Shown here: piece after piece, positions 8,563-17,307 of the stretch | Layout: each line of letters starts with the position of its first letter | Numbering within the stretch: the first letter of the stretch is position 1 | Origin: Fimbriimonadales bacterium | GTDB taxonomy: Bacteria; Armatimonadota; Fimbriimonadia; Fimbriimonadales; ATM1 | Assembly: GCA_051003155.1 (NCBI GenBank) | Contig: JBPCLO010000039.1 | Span: forward strand, 1-20,267 | Length of the DNA: 20,267 nucleotides | Direction: 5' to 3' | Position numbers and translations under genes: made by a program | The notes under the pieces: generated by a model | Database searches by the model: none | What the model was told of the DNA's origin: nothing | The model's input: only the letters and a program-made list of their open reading frames with translations

Positions 8563-9708
8563 GTGGGAACGGCAGACGTTGCGGTCATCGGCGGTGGAGT
8601 CATCGGATGGAGCGTCGCGTACCATGTTCTTAAGCTCTCGCCGAAGCTAAAGGTCATGGTTATCGATAAGCAGCCGTCGTTCGCAATGGGCTCTACCGCC
8701 CGCGCTGCAGGCGGCGTGCGCGCTCAATTCGGAACGGCGGTCAACGTCGATTTGTCCGTCCACTCGATCTCGTTCTTCGAGCGATTCGAAATCGAACTGG
8801 GAATGGACATAGGCTTCCGCCAGGTTGGCTATTTGTTTGTTACGGCTACGCGGGAAGGTGCGGATTACTTGGGGCACGTCGGCGAGTTGCAGCGCAGTCG
8901 GGGTGTTCCATCTAGGAGCTTCTCCGTCGATGAAGTGCGTGCCAGGGTTCCGTTCCTGAATTGCGACGACCTAACCGGAGCTGCGTTTTCACCCACGGAT
9001 GGATACTTGGACCCCTACGCGGTATGCCAAGGCTTCGAGAAGGCGGCGCGTAAGCTCGGAGCATCCGCGGTCTACGGTACGGCAGCGATAGGCTCGGAGA
9101 GCGGCTCAGTTTCGCTCGACGACGGTGGCAGACTCGAGGCGGGGCAGATCGTCTTAGCCGCAGGACATTGGTCTGGAGAACTGGCGCACAAGTTCGGCAT
9201 CGAAGTGCCGATCACCCCACAGAAGCACCAGTTGGCGTTGACGGAGCCGGTGTCGGGCCTGCCTGAGAACCTACCGATGATCGTTGACCTCGACACGAGC
9301 TTCCACTTTCGCGCGGAGGGGCAAGGGCTGTTGATCGGATATGACGACCCGTATACGCGGCAACCGAACGTGAACATGCCTCCTTCTTTCGACTTCGGTT
9401 TCCTTGAACGCCTCGCTCCGGTCGCGCTGCACCGGATGCCTCTCGCTGAGCGGCTTCGCTTCGATTACAAGCGCAGTTGGGCCGGCTACTACGCCGAGAC
9501 GCCTGACCGTCATGCGGTGATCGGCAGATGCGGCGACATCGTCGTAGCCACGGGGTTCGGCGGCCACGGGATCATGCACTCGCCCGCAGCGGGCTTATCC
9601 GTCGCAGAAATCCTTGTCAAAGGGGAGACCAGCACGCTCGACCTGTTCTCCCTGCGGCCACAACGATTCGCTGAGCAAGACCTTGTTCGCGAGCCGATGG
9701 TGATCTGA
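8563..9708 (+). CDS. FAD-dependent oxidoreductase, DAO / sarcosine oxidase beta-like family
   Basis: Motifs DVAVIGGGVIG (Rossmann), GSTARAAGGVRAQF, GYLF, DGYLDP, WAGYYAETPD and TGFGGHGIMHSPAAG. Start moved from 8368 to GTG 8563, directly before the Rossmann strand. Confidence 0.9.
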   Translation: MGTADVAVIGGGVIGWSVAYHVLKLSPKLKVMVIDKQPSFAMGSTARAAGGVRAQFGTAVNVDLSVHSISFFERFEIELGMDIGFRQVGYLFVTATREGADYLGHVGELQRSRGVPSRSFSVDEVRARVPFLNCDDLTGAAFSPTDGYLDPYAVCQGFEKAARKLGASAVYGTAAIGSESGSVSLDDGGRLEAGQIVLAAGHWSGELAHKFGIEVPITPQKHQLALTEPVSGLPENLPMIVDLDTSFHFRAEGQGLLIGYDDPYTRQPNVNMPPSFDFGFLERLAPVALHRMPLAERLRFDYKRSWAGYYAETPDRHAVIGRCGDIVVATGFGGHGIMHSPAAGLSVAEILVKGETSTLDLFSLRPQRFAEQDLVREPMVI

Positions 9709-9710
9709 AG

Positions 9711-10232
9711 CTATTTTCGGATAACCCTGAACGACTTCATGAACCGCTTGGCGTCAGCAGATTCGGCGCCTCCAGCGTTCGACACGACATAGATTTGATA
9801 AAGGCGGTTATTCACCAAGAGAATCTTCTCCTGAATGTGCTTGCCCGTGCCGGTGGTGAAAAGTATCGATCGGCCGGGGCGGCCGCCGATCATGATCTTC
9901 TTTTCGCTGATTAAACTTCCACGGGCGTTTGCCACAGCGCCGTCCCTTGCCGCGTCTAGAATACGGTCTACGTTGGCCCTATTGCCGTCGAACCTCTCGT
10001 AGTCCGCGTAAGTAACAACGAACGACTCGGACTCGGTGGAGGCCATAAAGACGTGCAGCTTCACTGAAGCGGCATCTCCCTTCACCATTTTGCGCGAGCC
10101 GTCGGGTCTGCCCGGCATGGTCACGGTGAAACGGCCGTCCTCAGAGCGGAACGTGTTCCACTTGGGTTGACCTGGGGACGCGAGCGCGCCCAGGCATACA
10201 GTTGTCAGGATCGCCAAAGCGATTAGTTTCAT
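9711..10232 (-). CDS. Secreted hypothetical protein (possible PsbP/Mog1-like fold)
   Basis: Signal peptide MKLIALAILTTVCLGALA, then WNTFRSEDGRFTVTMPG, IGGRPGR, NNRLYQI and RFMKSFRV. The fold call is an inference from this pattern. Confidence 0.65.
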   Translation of the reverse strand: MKLIALAILTTVCLGALASPGQPKWNTFRSEDGRFTVTMPGRPDGSRKMVKGDAASVKLHVFMASTESESFVVTYADYERFDGNRANVDRILDAARDGAVANARGSLISEKKIMIGGRPGRSILFTTGTGKHIQEKILLVNNRLYQIYVVSNAGGAESADAKRFMKSFRVIRK

Positions 10233-10281
10233 AGCTCGTTCGTTCTGACGTTTGATTATGGCAAACCGAATCGCCAACGGC

Positions 10282-10287
10282 TAAACT
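10282..10287 (+). promoter_or_regulatory. Putative -10 box of a leaderless transcript
   Basis: TAAACT lies 7 nt before ATG 10295, with no SD. Confidence 0.5.
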
Positions 10288-10294
10288 TCGAGCG

Positions 10295-12229
10295 ATGCTA
10301 CGAATCGCCGTGGATACCGGGGGAACCTTCACCGATTTCGTTGTTCAGGATTCGGACGGATCACGAACGTTCAAGGTGAAGAGCACCCCGGCGGACCCGG
10401 CCCGGGCGCTAATTCAGGGCCTGGCCGAGATCACAGGGCCCTTCGAGCTTCTGCACGGTACGACCGTGGCGACGAACGCGCTGCTCGAAGGAAAGCTCGC
10501 CAAGACGGCATTCGTTACCAATTCCGGATTCCGAGATATTCTATTTCTTGCAAGACAGACTCGGCCGGAACTATACTCTTTCGAACCCAGGCTGCCGCAG
10601 CCACCGGTCGAAAGGAATGACTGCTATTCGGTTACCGGAAGAATGCACCCCGACGGCTCGGAGCTAACACCGCTTAAAGAGTCGGAGCTGGATGATTTAT
10701 CTAACTACGAAGCGGTAGCCGTCTGCCTACTTTTCGCCTATGCGAACGGTGAACACGAGCGGCGCATTGCTGCGGAGCTCGAGCGTCGGCCCGGTTCGCC
10801 CTTCGTTTCCCTCTCTCACCGGGTCTCTCCGGAGTTTCGCGAGTACGAGCGGGCAATGGCAACGGTAGTCAACGCTGCCGTGGCGCCCATAATGCGCGAA
10901 TACCTCGAAAAGCTGCGCCGTAACACGAGTGCGAGCAAGCTGATGATCATGTCGAGTTCGGGCGGTCTAATCGGTGTCGATGACGCCATGGACACGCCTA
11001 TTCGAAGCATTACGAGCGGTCCGGCCGGCGGCGTGGTGGCCACAGCCCAACTGGGACGCCGGTACGGTCTTCGAAGGCTTATAGCATTCGACATGGGTGG
11101 GACGAGCACCGATGTCGCCCTCGTCAGCGGGGGTCCCGCATACACTTCGCTGGCCGAAATCGCCGGACTGCCGATCAGGCTGCGGCGCGTAGATATCCAC
11201 TCCATCGGATGCGGTGGCGGGTCGATCGCCTACCTCGACCAGGCGGGCGCGTTGCGCGTGGGGCCGGAAAGTGCGGGCGCCGATCCCGGTCCCGCACTTT
11301 ATGGCCTGGGTGAAGCGCTAACCGTTACCGATGCAAACTTCCTTTTGGGCCGCTTGCGTATCGAACGTTTTGCCGAGCGCGACACCCTTGCATTGGATCC
11401 GACGCGGTTGAACTTGGTGGCTTCCGCATTTGCGACGCGGCTTGCCTGCACAGTGGAAGATTGCGCTGAACGGATCGTCGAGCGTGCCGAGGCACACATG
11501 GTGTGTGCCTTGCGAGCGGTTTCGTCGGCCCGCGGGTCCGGCCCCGAAGATTGTACGCTTGTGGCTTACGGCGGTTCGGGCGCCCTGCACGCGTGCGCGA
11601 TTGCGGAAGAATTGCGAATGAGCGAGGTGATCGTTCCGGTTGGCGCTGGTGTTTTCTCCGCGGTGGGCCTCCTCGCGGCGCCGCGGATTTGGGAGGAATC
11701 GGGTTCCGTGCTCGGCCGCACGGTGGAATGGGATCGTGTTTACCATGATCTCGAGGCGAAAGCCAGGAGTCACGTGGGAGAGCCGGTGGAGCTTGTGCAT
11801 CGGACAGCCGACATGCGCTATCAGGGTCAATCCCACGAGATCGAGGTACCCGCTGGGCAAAGCCTGGACGGGGCGATAGAAGCATTCCATGGCGAACATG
11901 CGACGCGCTTCAAGGTAGCATTTCGGGGCAAGCCGGTCGAATGGGTTACGGCTAGGGTGCGAGTAGAATCGGCGCCCGGACAAAGTGCGGTTTATGCCGA
12001 CGACCACGCCATTCAACCAATGCAAGCCATTCAACCAATTAGAGAGCCCACACGGATCAGGTGGCGCGGGGAGTGGGTCGAAGGGACCGTTGTCGATCGG
12101 GAATCAGTTCAACGTCAAGATGGCCCGGCGGTGATCCTCGACGACGGTTGCACGATTCTCGTGCCGCTTGGGTGGGCTGCAGAGCGTTTATTCGATGGTG
12201 CACTGCGACTCCATCGAGCACAGGGTTAA
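10295..12229 (+). CDS. Hydantoinase/oxoprolinase family, A (ATP-binding) subunit
   Basis: Motifs IAVDTGGTFTD, HGTTVATNALLE, EFREYER, SGPAGG, FDMGGTSTDV, IGCGGGSIA, VGPESAGADPGPA, TVTDAN and DMRYQGQSHEI. Confidence 0.93.
   Translation: MLRIAVDTGGTFTDFVVQDSDGSRTFKVKSTPADPARALIQGLAEITGPFELLHGTTVATNALLEGKLAKTAFVTNSGFRDILFLARQTRPELYSFEPRLPQPPVERNDCYSVTGRMHPDGSELTPLKESELDDLSNYEAVAVCLLFAYANGEHERRIAAELERRPGSPFVSLSHRVSPEFREYERAMATVVNAAVAPIMREYLEKLRRNTSASKLMIMSSSGGLIGVDDAMDTPIRSITSGPAGGVVATAQLGRRYGLRRLIAFDMGGTSTDVALVSGGPAYTSLAEIAGLPIRLRRVDIHSIGCGGGSIAYLDQAGALRVGPESAGADPGPALYGLGEALTVTDANFLLGRLRIERFAERDTLALDPTRLNLVASAFATRLACTVEDCAERIVERAEAHMVCALRAVSSARGSGPEDCTLVAYGGSGALHACAIAEELRMSEVIVPVGAGVFSAVGLLAAPRIWEESGSVLGRTVEWDRVYHDLEAKARSHVGEPVELVHRTADMRYQGQSHEIEVPAGQSLDGAIEAFHGEHATRFKVAFRGKPVEWVTARVRVESAPGQSAVYADDHAIQPMQAIQPIREPTRIRWRGEWVEGTVVDRESVQRQDGPAVILDDGCTILVPLGWAAERLFDGALRLHRAQG
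12008..12039 (+). repeat. Short in-frame direct repeat
   Basis: GCCATTCAACCAAT at 12008-12021 and 12026-12039 (period 18), encoding AIQPMQAIQPI. Confidence 0.7.
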
Positions 12230-12248
12230 GGGGAAGGTAGCATGAGTC

Positions 12249-13634
12249 ATGCCCCTTTTCGGGATTGAGACCGAATACGGTCTCGCGATCGAAGGCAGCT
12301 CGCCTCACACCCAGCTCGCGGACGCGGCGGCTTTCATCGCGCAGTTCGATGGGCCATCTTTTGCCGGCTGGGACTATGCACACGAAACCCCAAGGGCCGA
12401 CCTGCGAGGATTCGAAGCAGACCAGTTGGCGACCGACCCGGCCGACGCTCAATGGGACTCTGACGAACCCCAAGCACGCTGGATCGCGGACCGCGTGCTC
12501 ACGAACGGCGCTCGCCTTTACAACGACCATGGACACCCCGAATACGCGACCCCTGAGTGTGCTCGCGTCCTCGACCTTGTTGCACACGACCGGGCGGGCG
12601 AACTCATTGTTCGCAGAATGGCGAAGCTGTTCCAAGGCTCAATCGGGCGCAGAGTGAGCGTGTACAAAAACAATACCGATTTCCATGGCGCCAGCTATGG
12701 GACCCACGAGAATTATCTTGTCCCAAGGAGCATCGAGTTCTCGAAGCTGGCGCACGGCCTCGTCCCGTTGTTCATTTGCCGACAGTTGTTTGTGGGTGCC
12801 GGTAAGGTCGGCAGCGAAGTGGGCAGGCCCGCGCGCTACCAAGTCTCCCAACGAGCAGACTTCGTATCCGAATTGGCGAGTGTTGACACTCTGTATCGAC
12901 GGCCGATATTCAACACGCGCGATGAGCCGCACGCAGACGCGGACAAGTGGATCCGCCTTCACGTGATCTGTGGGGACGCAAATCGAATTGAATGGGCAAC
13001 GGCGATGAAGGTCGCCATGACCCAGATTGCGATTCGTCTCATTGAAATCGGAGAGGAACCGACCTGGCACGTATGCAGCCCCGTGAAAGCGTTTGAAAGC
13101 GTTAGCAAGGACGAGAGCTTCGAGTGGAGAATGGAGTTGGACGACGGCAGCTGGACGACTGCGGCCGACGTGCTCGACTCGTATTTGTCATCGGCCGAAA
13201 AACATTTCGTTGGCAGCGGTGCGGAAACGGACTGGGTCCTTGCGCAGTGGCGGCTTGCCCTCGGCGATCTCCGCAACGACCCGTTGACACTGAAGGACCG
13301 CTGCGACTGGGCAGCGAAGCTGGCATTGTTGAACCAATTCGCCGAAGCCGAAGGCGGCTGGAAACCGTCCACGATGCAGTCGCTCGACCTGCAGTACCAC
13401 AACATCGACCCCGATGAAAGCCTCTTCGACGCCCTCATACAGTCGGGACTTGTACAATCCCTCGTCCCCGAGGCGCGGGTTCAGGACGCGGTGAGCATTC
13501 CCCCGAACACAAGAGCGCAGCTGCGCGGCAATTTGGTTGCCGACAGCTCGGCGCAGCTCAGAACGATCGGATGGAGGCGCGCTGTCCTGGAAGAAAATGG
13601 CGCCCCTCGGGTCATCGAGTTTCCCGTGCAATAA
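12249..13634 (+). CDS. dop: Dop-type depupylase/deamidase (PafA/Dop family, 'PafA2')
   Basis: Motifs FGIETEYG, Dop-loop-like WDYAHETPRADLRGF, LTNGARLYNDHGHPEYATPEC, YKNNTD..GASYGTHENYL, SQRADF, RRPIFNTRDEPHAD, RLHVICGDAN and LDLQYH. Confidence 0.85.
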   Translation: MPLFGIETEYGLAIEGSSPHTQLADAAAFIAQFDGPSFAGWDYAHETPRADLRGFEADQLATDPADAQWDSDEPQARWIADRVLTNGARLYNDHGHPEYATPECARVLDLVAHDRAGELIVRRMAKLFQGSIGRRVSVYKNNTDFHGASYGTHENYLVPRSIEFSKLAHGLVPLFICRQLFVGAGKVGSEVGRPARYQVSQRADFVSELASVDTLYRRPIFNTRDEPHADADKWIRLHVICGDANRIEWATAMKVAMTQIAIRLIEIGEEPTWHVCSPVKAFESVSKDESFEWRMELDDGSWTTAADVLDSYLSSAEKHFVGSGAETDWVLAQWRLALGDLRNDPLTLKDRCDWAAKLALLNQFAEAEGGWKPSTMQSLDLQYHNIDPDESLFDALIQSGLVQSLVPEARVQDAVSIPPNTRAQLRGNLVADSSAQLRTIGWRRAVLEENGAPRVIEFPVQ

Positions 13635-13642
13635 TCGTTGTC

Positions 13643-14119
13643 ATGAGCGATGATTTGAAAGCCACGATCCGCGATCAGATTTCGGATTCGGGAAAGATGT
13701 TCCTCGAAGACCTGAGAGCGATGTCGCATGATCAACTGGCAACTTCACCTGGCGGGGTCGCGCGCACGCCCTATGATTTCGCCTACGAGTGCGTCTACGT
13801 GAACCAGCGATGTGCCAAGCGTATGCGCGGCGAAGATCCTGGCCCATGGCCCGCCGGCGAGGGATTCCTGACGGCACCGCCGGACTATCAAGACAAGGAT
13901 TACGTCACAAAGCAGTTCGAGGAGTCGGTCGCCGGTGTTCTCACGGGCTGGGATTCAGTGCCTCCGCACCAACTTACGCGCACGATCGAACTTCCGAAAG
14001 GAACCACGAACCCGCTCGACCTGGCCAAGCTCATCGTTACGCACTTGGCCTATCATGACGGCCAGCTGAACTATCACCAGGCCATCGGCGGCGACGCCGA
14101 AATGCACTGGGAGGATTAA
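13643..14119 (+). CDS. DinB/YfiT-like family protein
   Basis: Helical pattern with SPGGVARTP and C-terminal THLAYHDGQL (HxxxH). Start set at ATG 13643, 8 nt after the dop stop. Confidence 0.75.
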   Translation: MSDDLKATIRDQISDSGKMFLEDLRAMSHDQLATSPGGVARTPYDFAYECVYVNQRCAKRMRGEDPGPWPAGEGFLTAPPDYQDKDYVTKQFEESVAGVLTGWDSVPPHQLTRTIELPKGTTNPLDLAKLIVTHLAYHDGQLNYHQAIGGDAEMHWED

Positions 14120-14121
14120 TC

Positions 14122-15477
14122 TCAGACGACGTTTGCCGAGAATCCCCACGGGTGAGAATGTTCGGCGCAAACGCGAACGAGACCGCCGGACGCCGTCCGA
14201 TTGGTACCGCGGAAGTGCACGGTTTTGAAGTGCCGGGTCATTCCTTTGAGTAACTCCGGATTCTTTTGCGAGGGCCCCTCCACCAGAACTTCGAAAGTGC
14301 AGCCGACCTCGGACTCGTTGATTTGAGCGGTTATCGAGTTCTGCAAATCGATGAGCTCGTTGAGCCGTCGCTTTTTCACTGCCGCAGGAACTTGCTGCAG
14401 CATTGCTGCAGGGGTTCCCGGCCGCGGTGAGTAAGCGAACATAAAGGCCGAATCGAAGCGGAGCCGCTCCATGACCGACATCGTGGCCCGGAACATCTCT
14501 TCCGTTTCTCCAGGAAATCCGACGATGACGTCGGATGTGATTGCCAGGCCCGGTACAGCCCTCAAGTTTCGGTAGATCTGTTCGAAGGATTCGACCGTGT
14601 AGACGCGGTGCATCATTTTCAGCATCTCGTCGTGCCCGGCTTGCAAGGGAAGGTGGCAGTGCTCCATGACCTGCGGGCAGTCCCGGTGCGCCGAAACAAG
14701 GTCGCTGTTGAAATCTCGTGGGTATGGCGACGTATATCGAATTCGTTCGATTCCATGAATCGCCGCGATTTCCCAAAGGAGCCTCGCGAACGGGACTTTG
14801 CCTTCCAGGAGGTTCTTGCCATAGGAGTTCACGGTCTGCCCGAGCAAAGTGACCTCCTTGGTGCCCCGCTTTGCCAGAATGCGGATCTCCCCGAGGATTT
14901 CCTCTGTCGGCCGGCTACGCTCGCGGCCACGTGTTGTCGGCACAATGCAGAACGTGCAGAACTTGTCGCAACCGTACTGAATGGGAACGAACGCCCTTAG
15001 CTTCGACGCCCTTTCGCTAACGAACCGCTTCGGGATATCGGTCACAATGGCGCCTTTGCGTTCCGGGAGCTCGAGCCTTTTCGCAAACCGCTTGGATTGG
15101 CGCGCCTCGGCGATCAGGCCGGAAATCTGCGATATTTGTGCAGTGCCGACGACGAAGTCGACGTGCGGCGCTCTGCGCCGTATTTCATCCCCCCGCAGTT
15201 GCGCCATGCACCCGCAAACCCCGATGATCATGTCTGGATTCCTATCCTTAGCAACCGCCAACACACCGAGCATGCTGAATGCTTTGTCCTCGGGTTTTTT
15301 GCGAACGCTGCACGTATTGAGGAGCACGACCTCGGCGTCTTGCAAGGAGTTCGCTTCCGGCAAGCCGAGGCCCTGGAGGATGGTCTCCATCTGTTCGGAG
15401 TCCTCGACGTTCATCTGGCAGCCCCACGTGACGACCTTATATCCTCGAGGCAGGCTCGGTGCTCTTTCCACAATCAT
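14122..15477 (-). CDS. miaB: tRNA-2-methylthio-N6-dimethylallyladenosine synthase
   Basis: Motifs TWGCQMN..DSE, NTCSVR, GCMAQ, radical SAM GCDKFCTFCIVP, LLGQTVNSYG, IVGFPGET and YSPRPGTPA, plus a C-terminal TRAM region. Confidence 0.95.
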   Translation of the reverse strand: MIVERAPSLPRGYKVVTWGCQMNVEDSEQMETILQGLGLPEANSLQDAEVVLLNTCSVRKKPEDKAFSMLGVLAVAKDRNPDMIIGVCGCMAQLRGDEIRRRAPHVDFVVGTAQISQISGLIAEARQSKRFAKRLELPERKGAIVTDIPKRFVSERASKLRAFVPIQYGCDKFCTFCIVPTTRGRERSRPTEEILGEIRILAKRGTKEVTLLGQTVNSYGKNLLEGKVPFARLLWEIAAIHGIERIRYTSPYPRDFNSDLVSAHRDCPQVMEHCHLPLQAGHDEMLKMMHRVYTVESFEQIYRNLRAVPGLAITSDVIVGFPGETEEMFRATMSVMERLRFDSAFMFAYSPRPGTPAAMLQQVPAAVKKRRLNELIDLQNSITAQINESEVGCTFEVLVEGPSQKNPELLKGMTRHFKTVHFRGTNRTASGGLVRVCAEHSHPWGFSANVV

Positions 15478-15536
15478 CGGATATTGAGTAGTTTACCGGT
15501 GCATCCTATCCCGTTCCGTGAACGTAGAAATCCACA

Positions 15537-15899
15537 GTGAAAACATTCGAAGCGATTGCCATGATAATTGTCGGTGTTGCTCTGATCGGCTGCGCTCGGG
15601 ATGAGGTGACGGCGAACACGGATAAAGCCGGTGACGAAATCGGCAAAGCAGCCGAGAGCGTGGGCGACGCGGCTTCGCGGGTCGCTAACACCACCAAGGT
15701 AAAAAGTGCTCTCACGAGTTCTAACAAGATCGACGCAAGTCGTATCGACGTCGACACCGAGGAAGACGGATCGGTTTACCTGCGAGGATTTGTGGTATCC
15801 GATGAAGACGGGCGAACCGCGGAGCGGATAGCCAAGGACATCGCTGGTGACGCATACACCATCGAGAATCGCCTCGAAGTAAAAGCTAAGCCGCAGTAA
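15537..15899 (+). CDS. BON-domain lipoprotein
   Basis: Lipobox ALIG-C. BON pattern TTKVKSAL..IDVDTEEDGSVYLRGFV..AERIA..IENRLEV. Confidence 0.85.
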   Translation: MKTFEAIAMIIVGVALIGCARDEVTANTDKAGDEIGKAAESVGDAASRVANTTKVKSALTSSNKIDASRIDVDTEEDGSVYLRGFVVSDEDGRTAERIAKDIAGDAYTIENRLEVKAKPQ

Positions 15900-15948
15900 C
15901 AAGAGAGCCCCTCGGCCCTATTTATTGGAATAACGGGCTCTGTGGAAT

Positions 15949-16473
15949 CTACTCGGCCAGCAGCTGTTTAACGGCGTCCTCGAGCACGGTTTCCGTCTTT
16001 CCCTTTGCGAAGCCGACCTGAACTTTTCGCACCTTGCCCGCCTTGTCGAGGATAGCGAACGTCGGAATGCCGCGGACGTTCCAGGCCTTGGCCAATGCGT
16101 CGTTGTTCACAGTCATTAGATATGTGTACTTATGCTCCTTGGCGTAGTTGCCGGCCGCCGTGTCCTTGTTCTCTCGCTCGAAGCAATTAGCCCCGATAGC
16201 AACAAGACCCTTCTCGCCATATTTCTCGTGCAGGGCTTGAACCGCAGGGGACGCGACCTTACACGGGCCGCACCAAGTTGCCCAAAAGTCGACGAGGACG
16301 ACCTTGCCCTTGAGATCTTCGTTGCTGAACGCCTTGCCGTCCGCGCCGGTCATTTTAAATTGGGGGGTTGTGCCCTGGATGTCGGTCGGGCTTGCGGCGG
16401 GTTTATCCTGGGCAATAACAAAAGTGGCAGCGATCGCCGCAACGGCAGCAAATGCATATTTCAGCTTCATCAT
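15949..16473 (-). CDS. TlpA/ResA-like thiol-disulfide redoxin, exported
   Basis: Signal peptide; LKGKVVLVDFWATWCGPC; VRGIPT. GGAGG SD upstream of ATG 16473/16470. Confidence 0.9.
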   Translation of the reverse strand: MMKLKYAFAAVAAIAATFVIAQDKPAASPTDIQGTTPQFKMTGADGKAFSNEDLKGKVVLVDFWATWCGPCKVASPAVQALHEKYGEKGLVAIGANCFERENKDTAAGNYAKEHKYTYLMTVNNDALAKAWNVRGIPTFAILDKAGKVRKVQVGFAKGKTETVLEDAVKQLLAE

Positions 16474-16574
16474 TAGATCCTCCGGTGGGTTGGCAGATTC
16501 TACCGGACGAGCCAGGCTTGGAGTTCCTTGCAAAGAGACCGTAACCTGAGGCAGCCTCCGCAAGTATATGAATT

Positions 16575-16805
16575 GTGCTCAAGAACCTGGTTGTCCCTTT
16601 GAAGGCGAAGCTCATGCTCCTCGCAGCAGGCGTTTATCTGATTTCGCCTCTCGATTTTATTCCCGACCTGTTCCCGGGCATCGGCTTGCTCGACGATGTT
16701 CTAATCGTCCCAACGCTTGCATTCTTAGCGCTGAAGTCCATCCTCCAAGCTACGGCGACGGCAGGAAGAACTCGGCGCTTGCCGGCCGATAGGTTGGCGG
16801 AATGA
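16575..16805 (+). CDS. DUF1232 / YkvA-family small membrane protein
   Basis: Signature YLISPLDFIPDLFPGIGLLDD. Confidence 0.85.
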   Translation: MLKNLVVPLKAKLMLLAAGVYLISPLDFIPDLFPGIGLLDDVLIVPTLAFLALKSILQATATAGRTRRLPADRLAE

Positions 16806-16854
16806 ACGGAAGGGCCTCAGGCCCTTAAAGTGTGTGCGAGGCATTGATCTAGAA

Positions 16855-17301
16855 CTAGACTCTCGCGAGTTCCGAGCCACAATGGCCGCACCGGCTCGCG
16901 CCGACGGGCACATCCATCAGACAGTGGGGGCAGGCTTGCATCGCTATAGTTGCCGGCGCACTCCTCTTAATCTTGTTCACAGCCTTTACGACCATGAAGA
17001 TGGAATAGGCCACGATCAAAAACCTGATGATCTCGTTGACGAACTTGCCCCAGTTAAGCGTTACCGCTTCAGCGACGGAAGCCGCCTCTAGCGTCGCATA
17101 GGGGCCCGGAGGTGTTCCTTCTTTTAGCACAGCGTGCAAGTTAACAAAGTCAACGCCGCCCATCGCCAAGCCGATCGGAGGCATTAATATGTCCGCAACG
17201 AGGGAGGCGACGACCGCGCCGAACGCTGCGCCGATAATCACACCAACAGCAAGGTCGATCATGTTGCCTTGCATCGCAAACTCTTTGAATTCCTTGAACA
17301 T
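16855..17301 (-). CDS. mscL: Large-conductance mechanosensitive channel with a C-terminal CxxC-x10-CxxC tail
   Basis: [41 protein letters not shown] and [21 protein letters not shown]; ends [25 protein letters not shown]. Start set at ATG 17301. Confidence 0.95.
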   Translation of the reverse strand: MFKEFKEFAMQGNMIDLAVGVIIGAAFGAVVASLVADILMPPIGLAMGGVDFVNLHAVLKEGTPPGPYATLEAASVAEAVTLNWGKFVNEIIRFLIVAYSIFMVVKAVNKIKRSAPATIAMQACPHCLMDVPVGASRCGHCGSELARV

Positions 17302-17307
17302 GTGATA

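Noticed and set aside
12249..13634. Calling the gene pafA (Pup ligase)
   Set aside because: It has the Dop-type WDY...RGF loop and YNDHGHPEY, not the PafA-type YLDVGSHPEY.
1145..14776. Long alternative-frame ORFs (e.g. 1145-1918, 6629-7501, 11318-12034, 13955-14776)
   Set aside because: They are shadow ORFs over well-supported genes in GC-rich DNA, with no recognisable motifs.
15904..15941. AGAGCCC...GGGCTCT inverted repeat between the convergent BON and TlpA genes
   Set aside because: A 7-bp stem with a long loop and no U-tract is too weak to call a terminator.
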